Positions 39,950 through 52,871 of a stretch of DNA of 64,000 nucleotides are shown here, piece by piece. This DNA comes from Botryllus schlosseri (taxonomy: Eukaryota), in assembly GCA_051294905.1 (NCBI GenBank), contig CM119371.1:14634001-14698000 (forward strand), written 5' to 3'. Position 1 is the stretch's first letter; every line of letters begins with the position of its first letter. Under the pieces are notes generated by a model, which saw nothing but the letters and a program-made list of their open reading frames with translations, did not search any database and was not told the DNA's origin. The position numbers and the translations under genes are program-made.

Positions 39950-41267
39950 CAGACCTGGACAAAGTGCGGCCCGCGAAGCTATTCTGTGCGGCCCGTACGG
40001 TTGCTTGGAAGTCAATACATGAAACTTGTTTTTTGAATGACTAAAACCAAAGGCTGTATCGAATGAACAGGAAATTCGTTTACTTTGAATTCTGTACAAT
40101 TACATTAATATGCCACGATGACCCTGTTTACGTATATGACATGCGTAATCCAGATTCCAAATAAAGGCAATGTGGCAAAGTATGAGTAGCAATTGAAGTC
40201 ACAAGAAATCACTCTTTCTATATAGTTTAGTTCAAACGTTCCTTGTTGACATTGTCACATTACGCATAATACGGTGTGTGTTTCTATGTGTTACGTGATA
40301 TGTTTCCAAATCTCTAATTCGTAAAACAAGTCAATCACTCAGTGCTCGCGATTAGGCCTACTATATGACTTATCATGTCTATCACCCATGCCAGTAAAAA
40401 CAAACTGAAATTCAAAGAAGGTTTAGGTTTATCATTTACAACACTAAATATTCGCATACTGGAGTCGGGGGTAAACCCATCCTTCCAGATTTTGCCGAGT
40501 ATGTCGCCGAGATTAAGAATTTTATTTAAAGTCGGTCTTAGGACAAAAGCCCGAAACACTCGGTCAAGGGAGGGTGAAGTTCAGAAAAACTGCAAGCTTC
40601 GCTCAACATTAGTACTATTTAAGCTGCACACCGCTCGGAAGGCAGCCACCAAGAAAATAAGCTTTGTACTATATTGCATTTACATTTCAGTGCAGTGGTT
40701 CTCGAACTGGGAAACGTGAAAGCGTCAGAAAGGGTAGCGTGAAGCCGAAGTTTTCGAAAAAAATTTCGCGCTAGGCGCGATATACCCCCAGCTTGTAGTT
40801 CGTGTTCTGTGTATTGTCCGACGTTTATGTTTCACCATTGTCTCATCAAAAGCCATAATCTTCCATGCAATCAAACTATCCGTTGGGGTTGCCGGCATTC
40901 TGGTTGCGCTTTTTAATATTGTGTGATATCATTATAAGTGGGCGCGAAACTTTTCACTATCATAAACGAAGGCGTGCCTAAAAAGTTTGAGAACCACTGT
41001 TCTAGAGTCTTAAGAGCAGAACGTGGATAAGGGTTCAAAGAGAGCTGAAATGTATCATGTTTAACATTGTTTCCAATCATGACAGCAAATGGATATTTTT
41101 TTTCAATTAACCGTCACATTTTCTTTACATAGCAGCATTTATTAGCAATGTAATTTAGAAATAAAATCAAAATACGCTGGAGAATATAGCTAAATTTTTT
41201 CTCTCGGCCCGCCAACGTATTTATTTTTCTCATTTGACCCGCGGAAGAAAATAATTGCCCACCTCTG
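39950..41267. mobile_element. Buster-like hAT element
   Basis: Ends cagacctggacaa / ttgcccacctctg with cggcccg subterminal motifs; TSD ctcttgta/ctcgtgta (7/8). Confidence 0.72.
40693..40999. mobile_element. hAT MITE nested in 39950-41267
   Basis: TIRs cagtggttctcgaact / agtttgagaaccactg. Confidence 0.78.
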
Positions 41268-42932
41268 CTCGTGTACGTCGCCTTGCGCCCTCTCGCGGTT
41301 CATACACTTTTGAGATGTACAATCTTACTACGTTGCATCGCTCATCTCTGTATATAACGTGACTAATATCTTTCTTCTCGTTATCACGTGACTTGTCATA
41401 TATAAGTGTGAGCATTTTAATTATATGTAGACTCATTACGCCATATCCTACTGTATATTACATCCATTGAACCAATATATCTATCTGGGGTAATACTGTC
41501 GTCGCATTTTCGTTATGTTGTCAGATCAAAGACCTAACGCAGGAACGTGCGTCTGCCATCGCAAGTTGAGTGAACTTAACCTAGTCACAGCTCCGCGGAA
41601 CTCAGGTCACCATTCTAGCAAGATTTAAAACAACAGCACGCCTTCTACACTATGCCTTAAACTTAAAAATTACATTAAATACGATATATCCCTTGTATAT
41701 GTGGATAAATCCGCGATTAATGCATCGATTAATGTTCCAGATGATGTCCGCCGACTGGTATTGCACCCCCCCTGCCCTATGGAGTCGGTGCGAAAGCAAA
41801 ATGTGCATTGTGCAACCAGAAAGCGCAGATTTCATATTCGCACCGTGCGCTATGGTGTAAATTTAGGTCCATTCTCCACTCATGTATTTACAGTAAGGTG
41901 CACAGGTGCACTGTGCGCACATATGATAGAACTATACATCGCAAACATACCATAAAGTAGGCTGAATTCTTCGAAATATTTTACTTACGACTGGTTTTCA
42001 CCGTGCAAGTATCGGTGCGACTTTTTTCTGTGGTCGCCATATGTCCCGTGGTATTAAATCCACTGTAGGCCTCAGTTTCCAAATATGTCCGCCGTGTTTG
42101 ACTTCGCGGGTCAATGATATTTGAACCCTGTCGTAATTATGTGCGAACGCTGTGTAATGTGTTCTCATTCTGCTCGAGCTACTTTAATAGCGGCTGTAAT
42201 GGTCGCGATTCATTTGTTCTGGTGTTTGATATACGTTTTACGGCGCGGTAAGCGGTATTGTACTAACAATTCTGAAGCCTGAATGTGGAGATCAATGTAT
42301 AATTCCCCAGCAGATATAAGCCATGGATCTTTAGCTGTGTAGAAAAATATACATTCAATCGTTGTGGTGCCTATACAGACCAAATATGACCGCGACTCTG
42401 TCTTCGCAGCTGACTTGCGGTGATTGTCGTTTGTTTACGAAATCGTATTGGTCTCCCGCAGTGCGGTGTAACGAATAGTAAGGCTCCAACCCATTAATTC
42501 GTCTTGATGGCGACCATTCTTGCTCCACATTCCGATTGTCTGTGTTCCTCCATTACCTTGACACCAAAATATTCTAAGATTGATTGCCATACTCTCCAGC
42601 TTTACTGATCTGAGTTTGTTAATGCAACAAGCCCCCATTCAGGCTGTATCCGACTTGATGATCTCCCGATTGTACCGCGCATCTCACTTGTATTGTATAG
42701 CGCCCCGTGAGACAATGATATATAAGATATGACATGCAGCGCAAGATGGATTCAGAAATGTGAGACAAACACTGCGCCGATTCTCAGCTATAATTCCACA
42801 CAAACGATACATATTGAACAAATATATGTAATATGCATGCATGATTGTAATGATATAAGGGCGGGGTACAACAACCCGAGTTCTCGAGTCCATACCGAAT
42901 AGCAGCTCTAATGATTGGAACCGAGTAATGAG

Positions 42933-43413
42933 TGATTCGGTTCTGAATTACGTATTACGCTTCGAGTCGAGTCGAGTATTCGAGTGTCGCTCATGATGAC
43001 GTCACAACAGAATGTACAATGTCAAAGTTCAAATATGTACCTTTTATGCCACCACAAAGAACATATTGCCTGTTATCCATCACATTGAAGATACTTAAGT
43101 ATTTTTTCGACCAGACCGATTTCATTGCACTTCTTGACAATGTTGTGGGATGATCATGACTTTGGAAATGTGTTATTTCTAGTAACGTTCGTGGCATTAG
43201 TAATGTCTCGTATGTTGAGACACGGCCAATCAAAGTTTCAAGGCTTCCTCAGTGTAAAGTAGTATCAAAACTATAATTGCCGTTAGTAAATTAACTTTCA
43301 GTTGCGAGGAGAGTATAAATTCAGTATTCGAAAAAATTGCCTTTTACTACTCGAAGCATTAAAATTAATACTCGATTCCTATTAGAGTACTCGAATCATT
43401 GCGCCCAGCCCTA
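42933..43413 (-). mobile_element. Inverted copy of the 38033-38541 family
   Basis: Ends tcgaatcattgcgcccagcccta; reverse complement is colinear with the 38033 copy; gtaatgag on both sides (42925-42932, 43414-43421). Confidence 0.72.
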
Positions 43414-43992
43414 GTAATGAGAAACTACTTCGTCGAGTATTGAAATCATAAACACGTAACCACCGACAATTACCATACCAACGAGAATTTTATATTTTAT
43501 TCTCTCATCCCGTGGCCGAAGCGACGAAACCTCTATTGGCCGTATTACAGAATTCATAACACGAAGGATTATAAGGCTGCATGCTTTCTTGGAAACGACA
43601 TATCTGGTCCGGAGAATTGTCACAAAACGCTATGAACAGTAATGGTCAGAGCTGTTCAAGTCATTCATATGGATATCATTTGATAAATCAGTCGTACTAG
43701 AATACTCGAATCACTCAGGAACTCGATTTTGCCCAGATATTGCACGCAAGTAAAAGCTTCAGTGACGGCAGTTAAGGGTATGCCGGATCTGTCTTGTTTG
43801 TGATGTCGCTGCTGATGGAATTCTTCATATCGAAAATGTAAATATTAAGGGAATGCACTAGGTAAAGGATTGGTCTTGATTACGTGCAACCCATTTTCCT
43901 GGATTGAGACCGGCACTGGAAGGGATTTTGTTCGCCAGTCGGTTCGTGTGAAAGCCGCTGATGCGATTCGAACCCAGGTCTGCAGATTACGA

Positions 43993-44566
43993 CAGGGTTG
44001 TAACCAAGTCACAAGGCTCCGAGTCACAAGTCAATCTCACTTTTATATTTTCGACTCGAGTCAAGTCGAGTCATTTTCAATTCCCACCGAGTCAAGTCCG
44101 AGTCCAAGTCAGCGAACAGAGGTTCGAGTCCGAGTCGTGGTATTATGACTCGAGTCCGAGTCCAAGTCATTGTGTTGACTGCTCAGTTTCCAGTTAACGT
44201 CTCCCTAAACCCACTTTTCTAACTCTGTTTGGTGATATTGAATGGTTCGCATTTATAATATATCAATTTTCCTCACTTTTAGCAGTTTCAGGTCGCATTT
44301 TCAAGCACCAGTACCAACAAACGAAATCCCAATAGTGTGTTGGCTTCGAAATTACAATGAAATGTCGGTCTTCGCCGTCTGAATCTCGAGTCAATGACTT
44401 GCTTCGAGTCATGCGCAATGACTCGAGTCCAAGTCGAGTCAATACACAGATTGACTCGAGTCGAGTCGAGTCATTTCCGTATTTTGAGAAAATGACTCGA
44501 GTCATCCGAAAATCGTGACTCGAGTCTGACTCGAGTCGAGTCATGACTCGAGTCATTACAACCCTG
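43993..44566. mobile_element. Ac-like hAT MITE with dense GAGTC/GACTC repeats
   Basis: TIRs cagggttgtaa / ttacaaccctg; perfect TSD gattacga. Confidence 0.88.
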
Positions 44567-46124
44567 GATTACGACACTATCGCGCTAACGAGCGATAAAA
44601 TAGCAACATGGCTACTTATCGAAAATTACCTTGTTTAGCAAGTCTCCATCTTCGTTTTGAGATGAACAGTGAACACCTCCATTATAATTCCCCCAAGCAA
44701 CATTCCGGTCATGTGCGCGTACTGCTCATACACTGTCTGTCACAGAAAGTGCCAGTATCGCATCCGGCATGAGCAATTTCAAACCAATGGATAGGGGTGC
44801 TGAATATTCTTATAATTTGATCTTAGATGATGAATCCCGCGGTACATCTGTTGCTTAAATGAATATAAGAGCATATAACTGGTGATAGAAGCGATGGAAG
44901 GATGTTTGATTTGCCCTCGTATAGCCAACATAGCCAATGCATGCGGGTATATTTGCATTATATGGATTTCAATAGGTTCCCCTCATAAATTTTATAGGTA
45001 TTAGTTTTTACCTGTGAGCTGAGCTCAAATGGTTGCTCGCTTTACTATTAAAACGTCGCCGCGTCGCTACGAGGCGAGAGTTTCGAGGTATGTGAACCAC
45101 TAAGCATAGTGCGATTTAGTCCGACGCTTTAGAATTATTATGCAACACAGAAAATGACAATTCAAGGAGCGGAAAAGATGGAAAGTTGCGGTGAAACGTG
45201 GGGAATAATATCGAGAGATAACTGTCGTATATATACTGTCTATTTTTGTATACCGTAACAGTAATGATGATCACAATGACAGATTACCCGTTTGCCTGAA
45301 AGACTATGATCCCTTCGTGTTATTCAGTAACAACTTACCTTATAGATGTATATTTATAGATATACTATACACCTATATAGATATCAAAGGAATTATGCTG
45401 TTAAATGAAACGCCGTAGTTGTACAAGGAAGCTCCTGGTTGTGTGACAGTGCTTATTTGCTTGTGATCTTGCAATATTCAATTCTGGCACAAGAAATGAT
45501 GCGATATCGAACCTAATAATTGGCGGTGAATGCTTGTTACAGCGACTCTCGCACTTCTACAATTTAGTATAGCGGCATCACACTGGATATATGTCAAATT
45601 AACACTATACGGGAATGTGATGAAGACCGTGAATGAGTCCACGTCGCTATGAAATATTTTAACCCAGCCGTTTCAGTCTTGGTGTTTTCTTATTGCTGCC
45701 GGTAAATTGCAATCAGTTCAGTTCCATAATTTCGGAATAGTTTTGGATTTCAATTTGTTTAGAAATTTAGCTGCATACCACACTTACCTTGCAAAGTCAG
45801 ATATCTCGTCGGTCTTGTAGTCAATACGACGAAGTTCAACCCCGAGACAGGGGACCGAAAAGTGTCTTAGAATGTTATGCGTTTGGTTTTCAGAAAGTCG
45901 TGATTGAAACTTGGCCCATGAATTTAAAAATGCCACTCTAGCTTATTGCTCTAGAACAGGGGTGGCCAACCTTTTCGGCCAAAGGGTCACATGCGATTTA
46001 TAAACCGCTGCGCGGGCCACTTGAATGTTGATGACCTTTTAGTCCTACGACAGGAGCGAACCGAATCAGTTGATGGCGAAAACAATACTAAGAATAATAC
46101 GCTTAAAAATCTATAGGCCTAACA

Positions 46125-47709
46125 CGGTAGTTCTCAACCTTTTTGACCTCGCGGCACACTTTGAAAATGACAAATAATACAGCCCCTGAAAACCACCAGA
46201 ATACCTATCAGCACCCCCACAACCACTATCGTACCAGCGTGTACTCAAACCTTTGACTACACGCTGATCGTACAGAGATGATGGTCTCTGACGAAGTACG
46301 TCTACTTTGTCTAAGCACTGAAGTAGGCTTCATTCTGATTCAAAGAAGAAATTACGGTATTTTCTAGGCCTACGGACATGTCACAAATAGGCTACGTCTA
46401 CTAATGGTATCATTTGACATGGGAATCGTTTTCAATTCTTCCGCAGCTTTGGTCCCAAACATTTTCTTTACAATGTTAGTGCAAGCCGGAAACAATAACA
46501 TTCTCCGCTTCCGTGGTCTTCATTTTTAGCTGTTACCTCTGCCACCACATAACTGATCTGCTGCGATCTCGTTGAAAACTTGGGCTGCGCTTAGATACTA
46601 TTTCATAAGATTTGTTGGACAAGCTCGATGGCCACTAACTAATACAGAGGCGTATACATGATGAAGATAGCGTAGTAGTGCGCGTCGGTACCATCTACGC
46701 AGGCGGCGCGGGATCGATGGCGCGGGATCGATTCCCGCCGTCGGTGGTTATTCTGGGCTCCCCGTACCCCGGGGCGCTGTTCTTACGCCGACAAAAAAGC
46801 CAAGGAAAAAGCCTCGATAAAGAAAGAAAGAAAGAAAGAGAAATAAATAGCTTATAAAAAAGGACCGACGATGGAAGAATAACATCGAAGAAGACCGGTT
46901 TAAGAGTCCCCAACTGGTTGGCCGTTGTTACATCGCATTGCGTGTCGTGTACATTACATTGTGTGAGTGTCTTGGGCAGATAAAAATATAATCTGATGAT
47001 TATTGATTGGTGTTTATTATTACATGGATGCCAGGCGCATTTCCACGCAGATCGTGTAACACGCGTGAGGATAGCAATACCTGGATAGTTCTACTGGCAT
47101 CCACCCGCAGTGCAATTATAGTTCCAACAAACCGTAATAATGACCTCAGCGGCGGGGGAATTTTTCAACCGATTTAATTTGATCAACTCAACTTCTTAAT
47201 TTTCAAACTCGTCGACTGTAACATATCGTTGCGCTCCGAGCCTACATTTCAACGGCAATGCCGGCACGCTACCTAACAATCGCAATATGGATAGCTTGGC
47301 TATCTTTTTAATTCGAATATTTGTAAACGTGAGCATCACTTCCAAATAAGTTTATTTCTTGCTGGTGATTAGGGGCACAATGTGGATTTGTAAACCGCAT
47401 TGCCATAAAGGCGCCATCCTATGTCCGTTCTGCTCTGCTTTGCGATCAATCGACGTATTGTGCGAATCTGAATTCACCCTTCAACTTCAATGCACGCGAT
47501 ATATCGGGTAAAAGGCGAATTCGCCGGGGTATTGATTGCGGGCTGTCAAATGTACAATCTTCACATCGCGCTCGAATTAGATTATTGATCGTTTGCGATA
47601 GACTAGAATTGTTTATTAATTTCAAAATTTCGAAGAAATCTCTCGCGGCACACTTGCGAGACGTAATTGGCTCACTAGTGTGCCGCGGCACGCCGGTTGA
47701 GAACCACTG
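46125..47709 (-). mobile_element. Buster/ZBED5-like hAT deletion derivative nested in 45957-48061
   Basis: TIRs cggtagttctcaacc / ggttgagaaccactg; perfect TSD gcctaaca; minus-strand remnant SYVVAEVTAK...FPACTNIVKKMFGTKAAEELKTIPMSNDTISRR (~46390-46560). Confidence 0.85.
46658..46848 (+). mobile_element. tRNA-derived SINE with (AAAG)n tail
   Basis: A-box-like tagcgtagtag, B-box-like ggatcgattcc, GC-rich body and aaagaaagaaagaaagaaag tail. Confidence 0.6.
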
Positions 47710-48528
47710 GCCTAACAATTGTGACATAAAGACTCAGTATTCATCCACGACCTAGACGGTAATGAAGGTAATGAATAATTTCGGTCAATAAAAATGTTAC
47801 AGGCATATATTGCTGGTCGCCTCTGCATATGCCACTGGGCTCATTTGACAAGGACATGATTGTTCGGCGCTTGTACTCATAAATACGTCAATGCGTCGGA
47901 ACTGATTTATTAGTCATCAAAGTCCAAAATTTCACGGTCAAGCCAATCAAAATTTGGTTATTTGGTTTTTCTAATTAATTCTTTGAAAATATAACCAATT
48001 TCGGGGATTACTCCGCGGGCCACTCAAAACCTTCTCGCGGGCCACGGGTTGGCCGCCCCTGCTCTAGAACCTCTGGCAAAAAGAAATTGTATTTAGGGCT
48101 GTTATTAAAACGCTGGCGTCCTGTGTTACATAGTTACATTGAAATCGAGATTTCGTTTTGAATTTGACTCCTGCGCCCTCATCCATGAAATCATCGGCTT
48201 TGGTCTTATTAGGATAATTATTTCTGTCACCAATGAGGGAATTTATATTGACCTGTAGACGGCTAAGCCTACCACATATACGCGTGTTCACCGAAACAGA
48301 GTAATTTACAAATCGATTACATGTCTGACATACCCAAATCACAAATGCGCATTTGGTAACGGGGAATCAGTTTGAGGCAATATATCACAACATAATAATG
48401 GTTATACTGCACTGAGGAGACAGCGTTCGCTTTCAGTTCAAGTGCTCACCGAAATCAGTTAAATAAGTTCCTGTTGCAGATATAAAAATTATAAATAGGT
48501 ACGCGTATAGTTGATCTGATGGGATATA

Positions 48529-49596
48529 ATGAATATCTGCTGTCTATCAGAAGAACAGAAGGAAGGGAGGCGAATAAACGCAAGGATTGAAAAGGAATTA
48601 CGGGATATGCGATATGCGGCCAGAAGTCGATTGAAGCTTCTTTTGCTGGGCACTGGAGAGAGTGGGAAGAGTACATTTGTCAAACAAATGCGCATCATTC
48701 ACGGGAAAGGATACAGCGATAACGAACGAAAAAACTTTATACATCTGATTCATTCAGACATTTACACGGCCATTCAAAATTTGATACAGGCCATGCCCTC
48801 TCTACAGATTGGATACGTGAATCAAGACAATGTCTCACATGCGAATGTATTGTCGGCCCTGGATATACGCGCCGCGCGAGAACATTATCAGTTCGCTGAC
48901 CACGTAGACGCGATACAGTCATTGTGGAATGATCCAGGAGTACAACAATGTTATGTTCGAAGGAGTGAATATCAGTTGTCCGATTCAGCAGCATATTACC
49001 TCAACGATCTTGATAGAATAAGGATAGCTGATTATACACCGACGATCCAAGATATCTTACGGGTCAGAGTACCGACTACCGGTATACATGAGTACACTTT
49101 CGAACTTGATTCGGTTACTTTTCGAATGATCGACGTCGGTGGTCAAAGGTCGGAGAGGCGAAAATGGATTCATTGCTTTGAAGACGTGACTTCGATATTG
49201 TTTCTGGTTGCCTTGAGTGAATACGATCAGGTGCTAGCGGAGTCGCAACATGAAAATCGCCTGTCAGAAAGCATAGCCCTTTTCGAGACAATCATCGGAC
49301 ATCAATACTTTAGGAACACTTCGGTGATATTGTTTCTAAACAAAAAAGATCTGTTTGAGGAGAAGATTATGGTGTCAGATCTCGCCGATTATTTTCCCGA
49401 CTATATGGGAGAGAGGAGACACGCGTCTGATGCCCGGGATTTCATTCGCGATAAATTTACAGAACTGCAAACAGAACACGAGAGGGCGCTGTATCATCAC
49501 GCCACGTGCGCGACGGACACGGATAATATTCGAATCGTGTTTTACGCTGTCAAAGATATCATTTTAAATGCGAACCTGAGGGATTTCCACTTGTAA
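48529..49596 (+). CDS. GNAQ: Gq-family G alpha subunit, paralog 3, single-exon CDS, 355 aa
   Basis: [10 protein letters not shown]-terminus (Gq-like Cys pair), [31 protein letters not shown]; ends [10 protein letters not shown]. Confidence 0.92.
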   Translation: MNICCLSEEQKEGRRINARIEKELRDMRYAARSRLKLLLLGTGESGKSTFVKQMRIIHGKGYSDNERKNFIHLIHSDIYTAIQNLIQAMPSLQIGYVNQDNVSHANVLSALDIRAAREHYQFADHVDAIQSLWNDPGVQQCYVRRSEYQLSDSAAYYLNDLDRIRIADYTPTIQDILRVRVPTTGIHEYTFELDSVTFRMIDVGGQRSERRKWIHCFEDVTSILFLVALSEYDQVLAESQHENRLSESIALFETIIGHQYFRNTSVILFLNKKDLFEEKIMVSDLADYFPDYMGERRHASDARDFIRDKFTELQTEHERALYHHATCATDTDNIRIVFYAVKDIILNANLRDFHL

Positions 49597-51666
49597 CGCT
49601 AACCCGGGTGAAACTCGCATGTTGTACACGTGCGGCTAGACATGTCGACTACCCAGGTATTGCCTCGTCTCAGTGGTTCTTAAGGATGTATCCAAGGAGT
49701 CGAAATCATTCTTTGCCTATCCTGGGTAGTGTCATTTCCCAGTTTTGACTGCTTCAAGAGAATCCGTGTTGTCATACCAATTCTAACGAAAATGTCAACC
49801 TCCGAAATTGTAATTGCGGCTATATTGATGAAGCACGGGGACTATGTGTGGGTGGATCCTGGAGGGTTCCTGTAGGTCAGGGTGAGGGATGGCTGAATGC
49901 CGTCGCGGCTCTCTATTACATTGACGATATGCGTTAGTATGTCTCGGTTTAAGGAGGCAATCGTGCGATTATTATTTCCTTATATGACAATATAGACCGA
50001 TATGAATTCCATGCGTTACTAATGAACTCGTTTGAATAGATCCGTTGCATCTACAAAGAGGAAGGAAAAGCGGCCACCTTTAGCAGAATGCCACTTGGGC
50101 CGCGAAAGTTTCACATTCACTATTCTCCAATAGACGCAACTATTTTGCATAAATTTTTTACAATTCAGATTATTCTTGTAATAAATATTAGGCAGGTCGT
50201 TAGAATTTATTTACAGTTTTGATGATTTAGCTAGCTCAATATAGAATGCTTAATAAGCAGCTTCCGCAGAAAGTAACCAGGATGTAAAATTGGCGTAGGG
50301 AGAATAAGGCGCTTTTTGACCTTCAGTCTTATGTCTTTCAGGGCTTGGCTACTGACTCCATTTCACCAGCGATCACCCTCATTTATGATTTATAAAAAAA
50401 ACTTATTCACGATCCCGGCTGTAACTGCACTCATATTTGAAACACTTGCCTTGCGCATGAAAAGTACCGTTTAAGTATGGCGAGATGTCCTGCGCTATGG
50501 TGGCGTATAACAGAGTAATGTCATTGAAGTTTGTTCCCCAATGTCTAGTTGAGAGCTAGCCAAGTCGCTGATCGATGGAAGGTATGATATGGGACATCTA
50601 TTACTGGCATTGTTTCTATTCAGAAATAATAACAAAATATAACAAACAAACTAAAACAATATGAAATTCATGAAATTATGGTAAATATAACTTAACAATG
50701 CGTCCTTCGGGCATGCTTATAAGCAATGCTCCCTCTAAGCTGCGCACGTGCGCAATTGCGCAGTGCTGACACGGTCTCTGCGCACAGAAAATCTAAGTTG
50801 CGCACAAGAAATCCGAAGTGAATACCTTTTCTTAGTCGTTACGCACTGTTGTCCAAGGGTCTGCGCAGTGAGTTGGTGAGTGTTACATTGTACAGTGTAC
50901 ACAGACTCGTCAAAAATTAGAGGGATACCGATACTATGTTAACCCTAATTGGTACCAATTATATTACTAGACAATTTAAATAACATCTAACTAAAACTAT
51001 CCTACCAACAACAAATTTAATACCAAATGTTCTTATCATTGGACATAAATATTAAAGGATCCGTTACATCTGGACTGGACAGTGGATGTTTATGTGGCGT
51101 AACAAACGACAACGAGCCCACGTATACTTTCATGGAGACTTGGACAAGTACAGAATTTTCCATCAATTCAAAGCACCACAGGACTGCAATACAATGAAAA
51201 AATAGGAAGGTGTCGAAACGAATGGGAGTAGCCTTTGAAATCAGACCCCATCCAGGCCAAGACGATGTAAAGAGTAAGCATGCACACTGCACAGTTGTAC
51301 ACCCAATCAATAGTAAAAGAAGACAATACAAAAAGACAAGCGACAAAATGAGATGGCGTGTGACGTAAGGCAAGATGGACATGTGAGGTCGTGGTACGGT
51401 AAACTTGAGGTCTGACATTGAATCAAGGTCCGTTAATATCAAATCATGTTTAATTCTTATGAACATGGGAATAGCAAATATCTGTACGGAAAGTGCATTT
51501 ATAGGAAAAGCAAAAATTAGATTAGAATTGAATGAAAGGATAGAAAGATTCTACTACGGTAGTAATTAGAATAAATTACAATACAGAATTATCTAGTTGT
51601 CAATTAGAATGATTGAAACAAAATGACTGCGTATTGTCCAAATCTGATCTCATAGCGGGATTGTAA

Positions 51667-52871
51667 TAGGGTTGGACTATCTGGATAGTGGTTAACCGAT
51701 CAACCGATAACCGATCAACCGATATCAATCTATCTGATATCTGGATATAATTCGGCCGGTTAACCGGATAAAAGAGTATCATTGCTAATGCGTTAATGCG
51801 TCAATAAGTCCTATTATATCAGTGTTGCGCGCGGCCAATTAGCGAGAAGCGGGTTGCCAATTAGCGAGATTCATCTGTGTACATGTACGTACACTGTACA
51901 CTGTGTACAGTACAATGTAACGCGACTGCTCGGCAATCGTCGCTGGCCTGATTTATCGCATCTCCAACAAGCCTAAGTGGCTTTGCATCTGCAATCGGCC
52001 CTGTGCACACTGTACCATCGCTGGCCCGCACAATCGCATCTGCATTGGCTTGGTGCGCACGATATTATCGCTGGCCTACACAATCGCACCTGCAATAGGC
52101 AACAAACAAACAAAGCATGCGTTGGCTCCTATCTCTCTATAGATCGGAGACAATATGCCGTTAAGTGTATGCCGATTAGCGATTGTGATCAAAGAGTGAC
52201 ATTGCGAAACGTCGGATGGTGGCAAACATGATCATGCGTGCATGCGTAATTGATTTCCGACGATACTTAATTCGAAAACAAATCCCCTCCCCCCTTTGTT
52301 TCAAACCCCCTTATTTTTCCGCTACGCTCCTGATCACGTGAGTCTCTCAAGGAGGAATTAGAGAGAGCTATCATCTCGGCAGCAATTCCAGTACCAGCTA
52401 CTCGTCCTTTCAGTACTCCAAACCTAAACAGAAGAATGGTCCAAAATAAACTAAAGTCTTTGAAGCTTCTGGGAAACGACCTGCCAACCTCCTGACTCTC
52501 TATGAAGCGCTGCTTACTATTCAGCCCACTTCTGCGGAAGCAGAAAGAGCATTCACTGCATGTGGGCTCTTTGCTAAAAGACTCCGGTCCCGTCTACAGG
52601 ATTCCACAATTGATGCATTGTGCTTTATAAGGATGGTGTTGCAGAAGCAGTGAACATTCAATTTGCGTGATTTTTCTGGTATTGGCTCGTACTGTGCGTA
52701 GATCTACAATAACACTGTCTAATGATTACGATCCATTTTTCATGCCAACCTCAAAATCGATTGTCACACTTAGCAGGTATTAGCCGGTTAACCGGTTAGA
52801 TAAATTCCAAATATACGGATATATTTACGTTATCCGGATAGTTAAAATTATTGATATCCGAACCAACCCTA
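51667..52871 (+). mobile_element. Ac-like hAT deletion derivative
   Basis: TIRs tagggttgg / ccaacccta, accgat/ccggata subterminal repeats; TSD gattgtaa/aattgtaa (7/8). Confidence 0.8.
52453..52653 (+). pseudogene. hAT transposase C-terminal dimerisation-domain fragment
   Basis: Open frame KVFEASGKRPANLLTLYEALLTIQPTSAEAERAFTACGLFAKRLRSRLQDSTIDALCFIRMVLQKQ*, matching the hATC PTSxxxERxFS...RSRL motif. Confidence 0.8.

Larger units (their letters stand above)
45957..48061. mobile_element. Buster-like hAT element upstream of Gq paralog 3 (outer layer)
   Basis: TIRs caggggtggccaacc / ggttggccgcccctg; perfect TSD ctctagaa. Confidence 0.88.

Noticed and set aside
43993..44566. GAGTC/GACTC arrays resembling iterons or a CRISPR; low-complexity ORFs 43870-44556
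   Set aside because: Irregular short motifs inside TIRs with an 8-bp TSD are hAT subterminal repeats; there is no repeat-spacer periodicity.
46658..46745. Possible genuine tRNA gene
   Set aside because: Internal 14-bp duplication, imperfect boxes, no clear cloverleaf and a simple-repeat tail indicate a SINE.
51017..51466. 149-aa minus-strand ORF; an alternative frame has a YSHSFR motif resembling a tyrosine recombinase
   Set aside because: No coherent domain; a single short motif could be chance.
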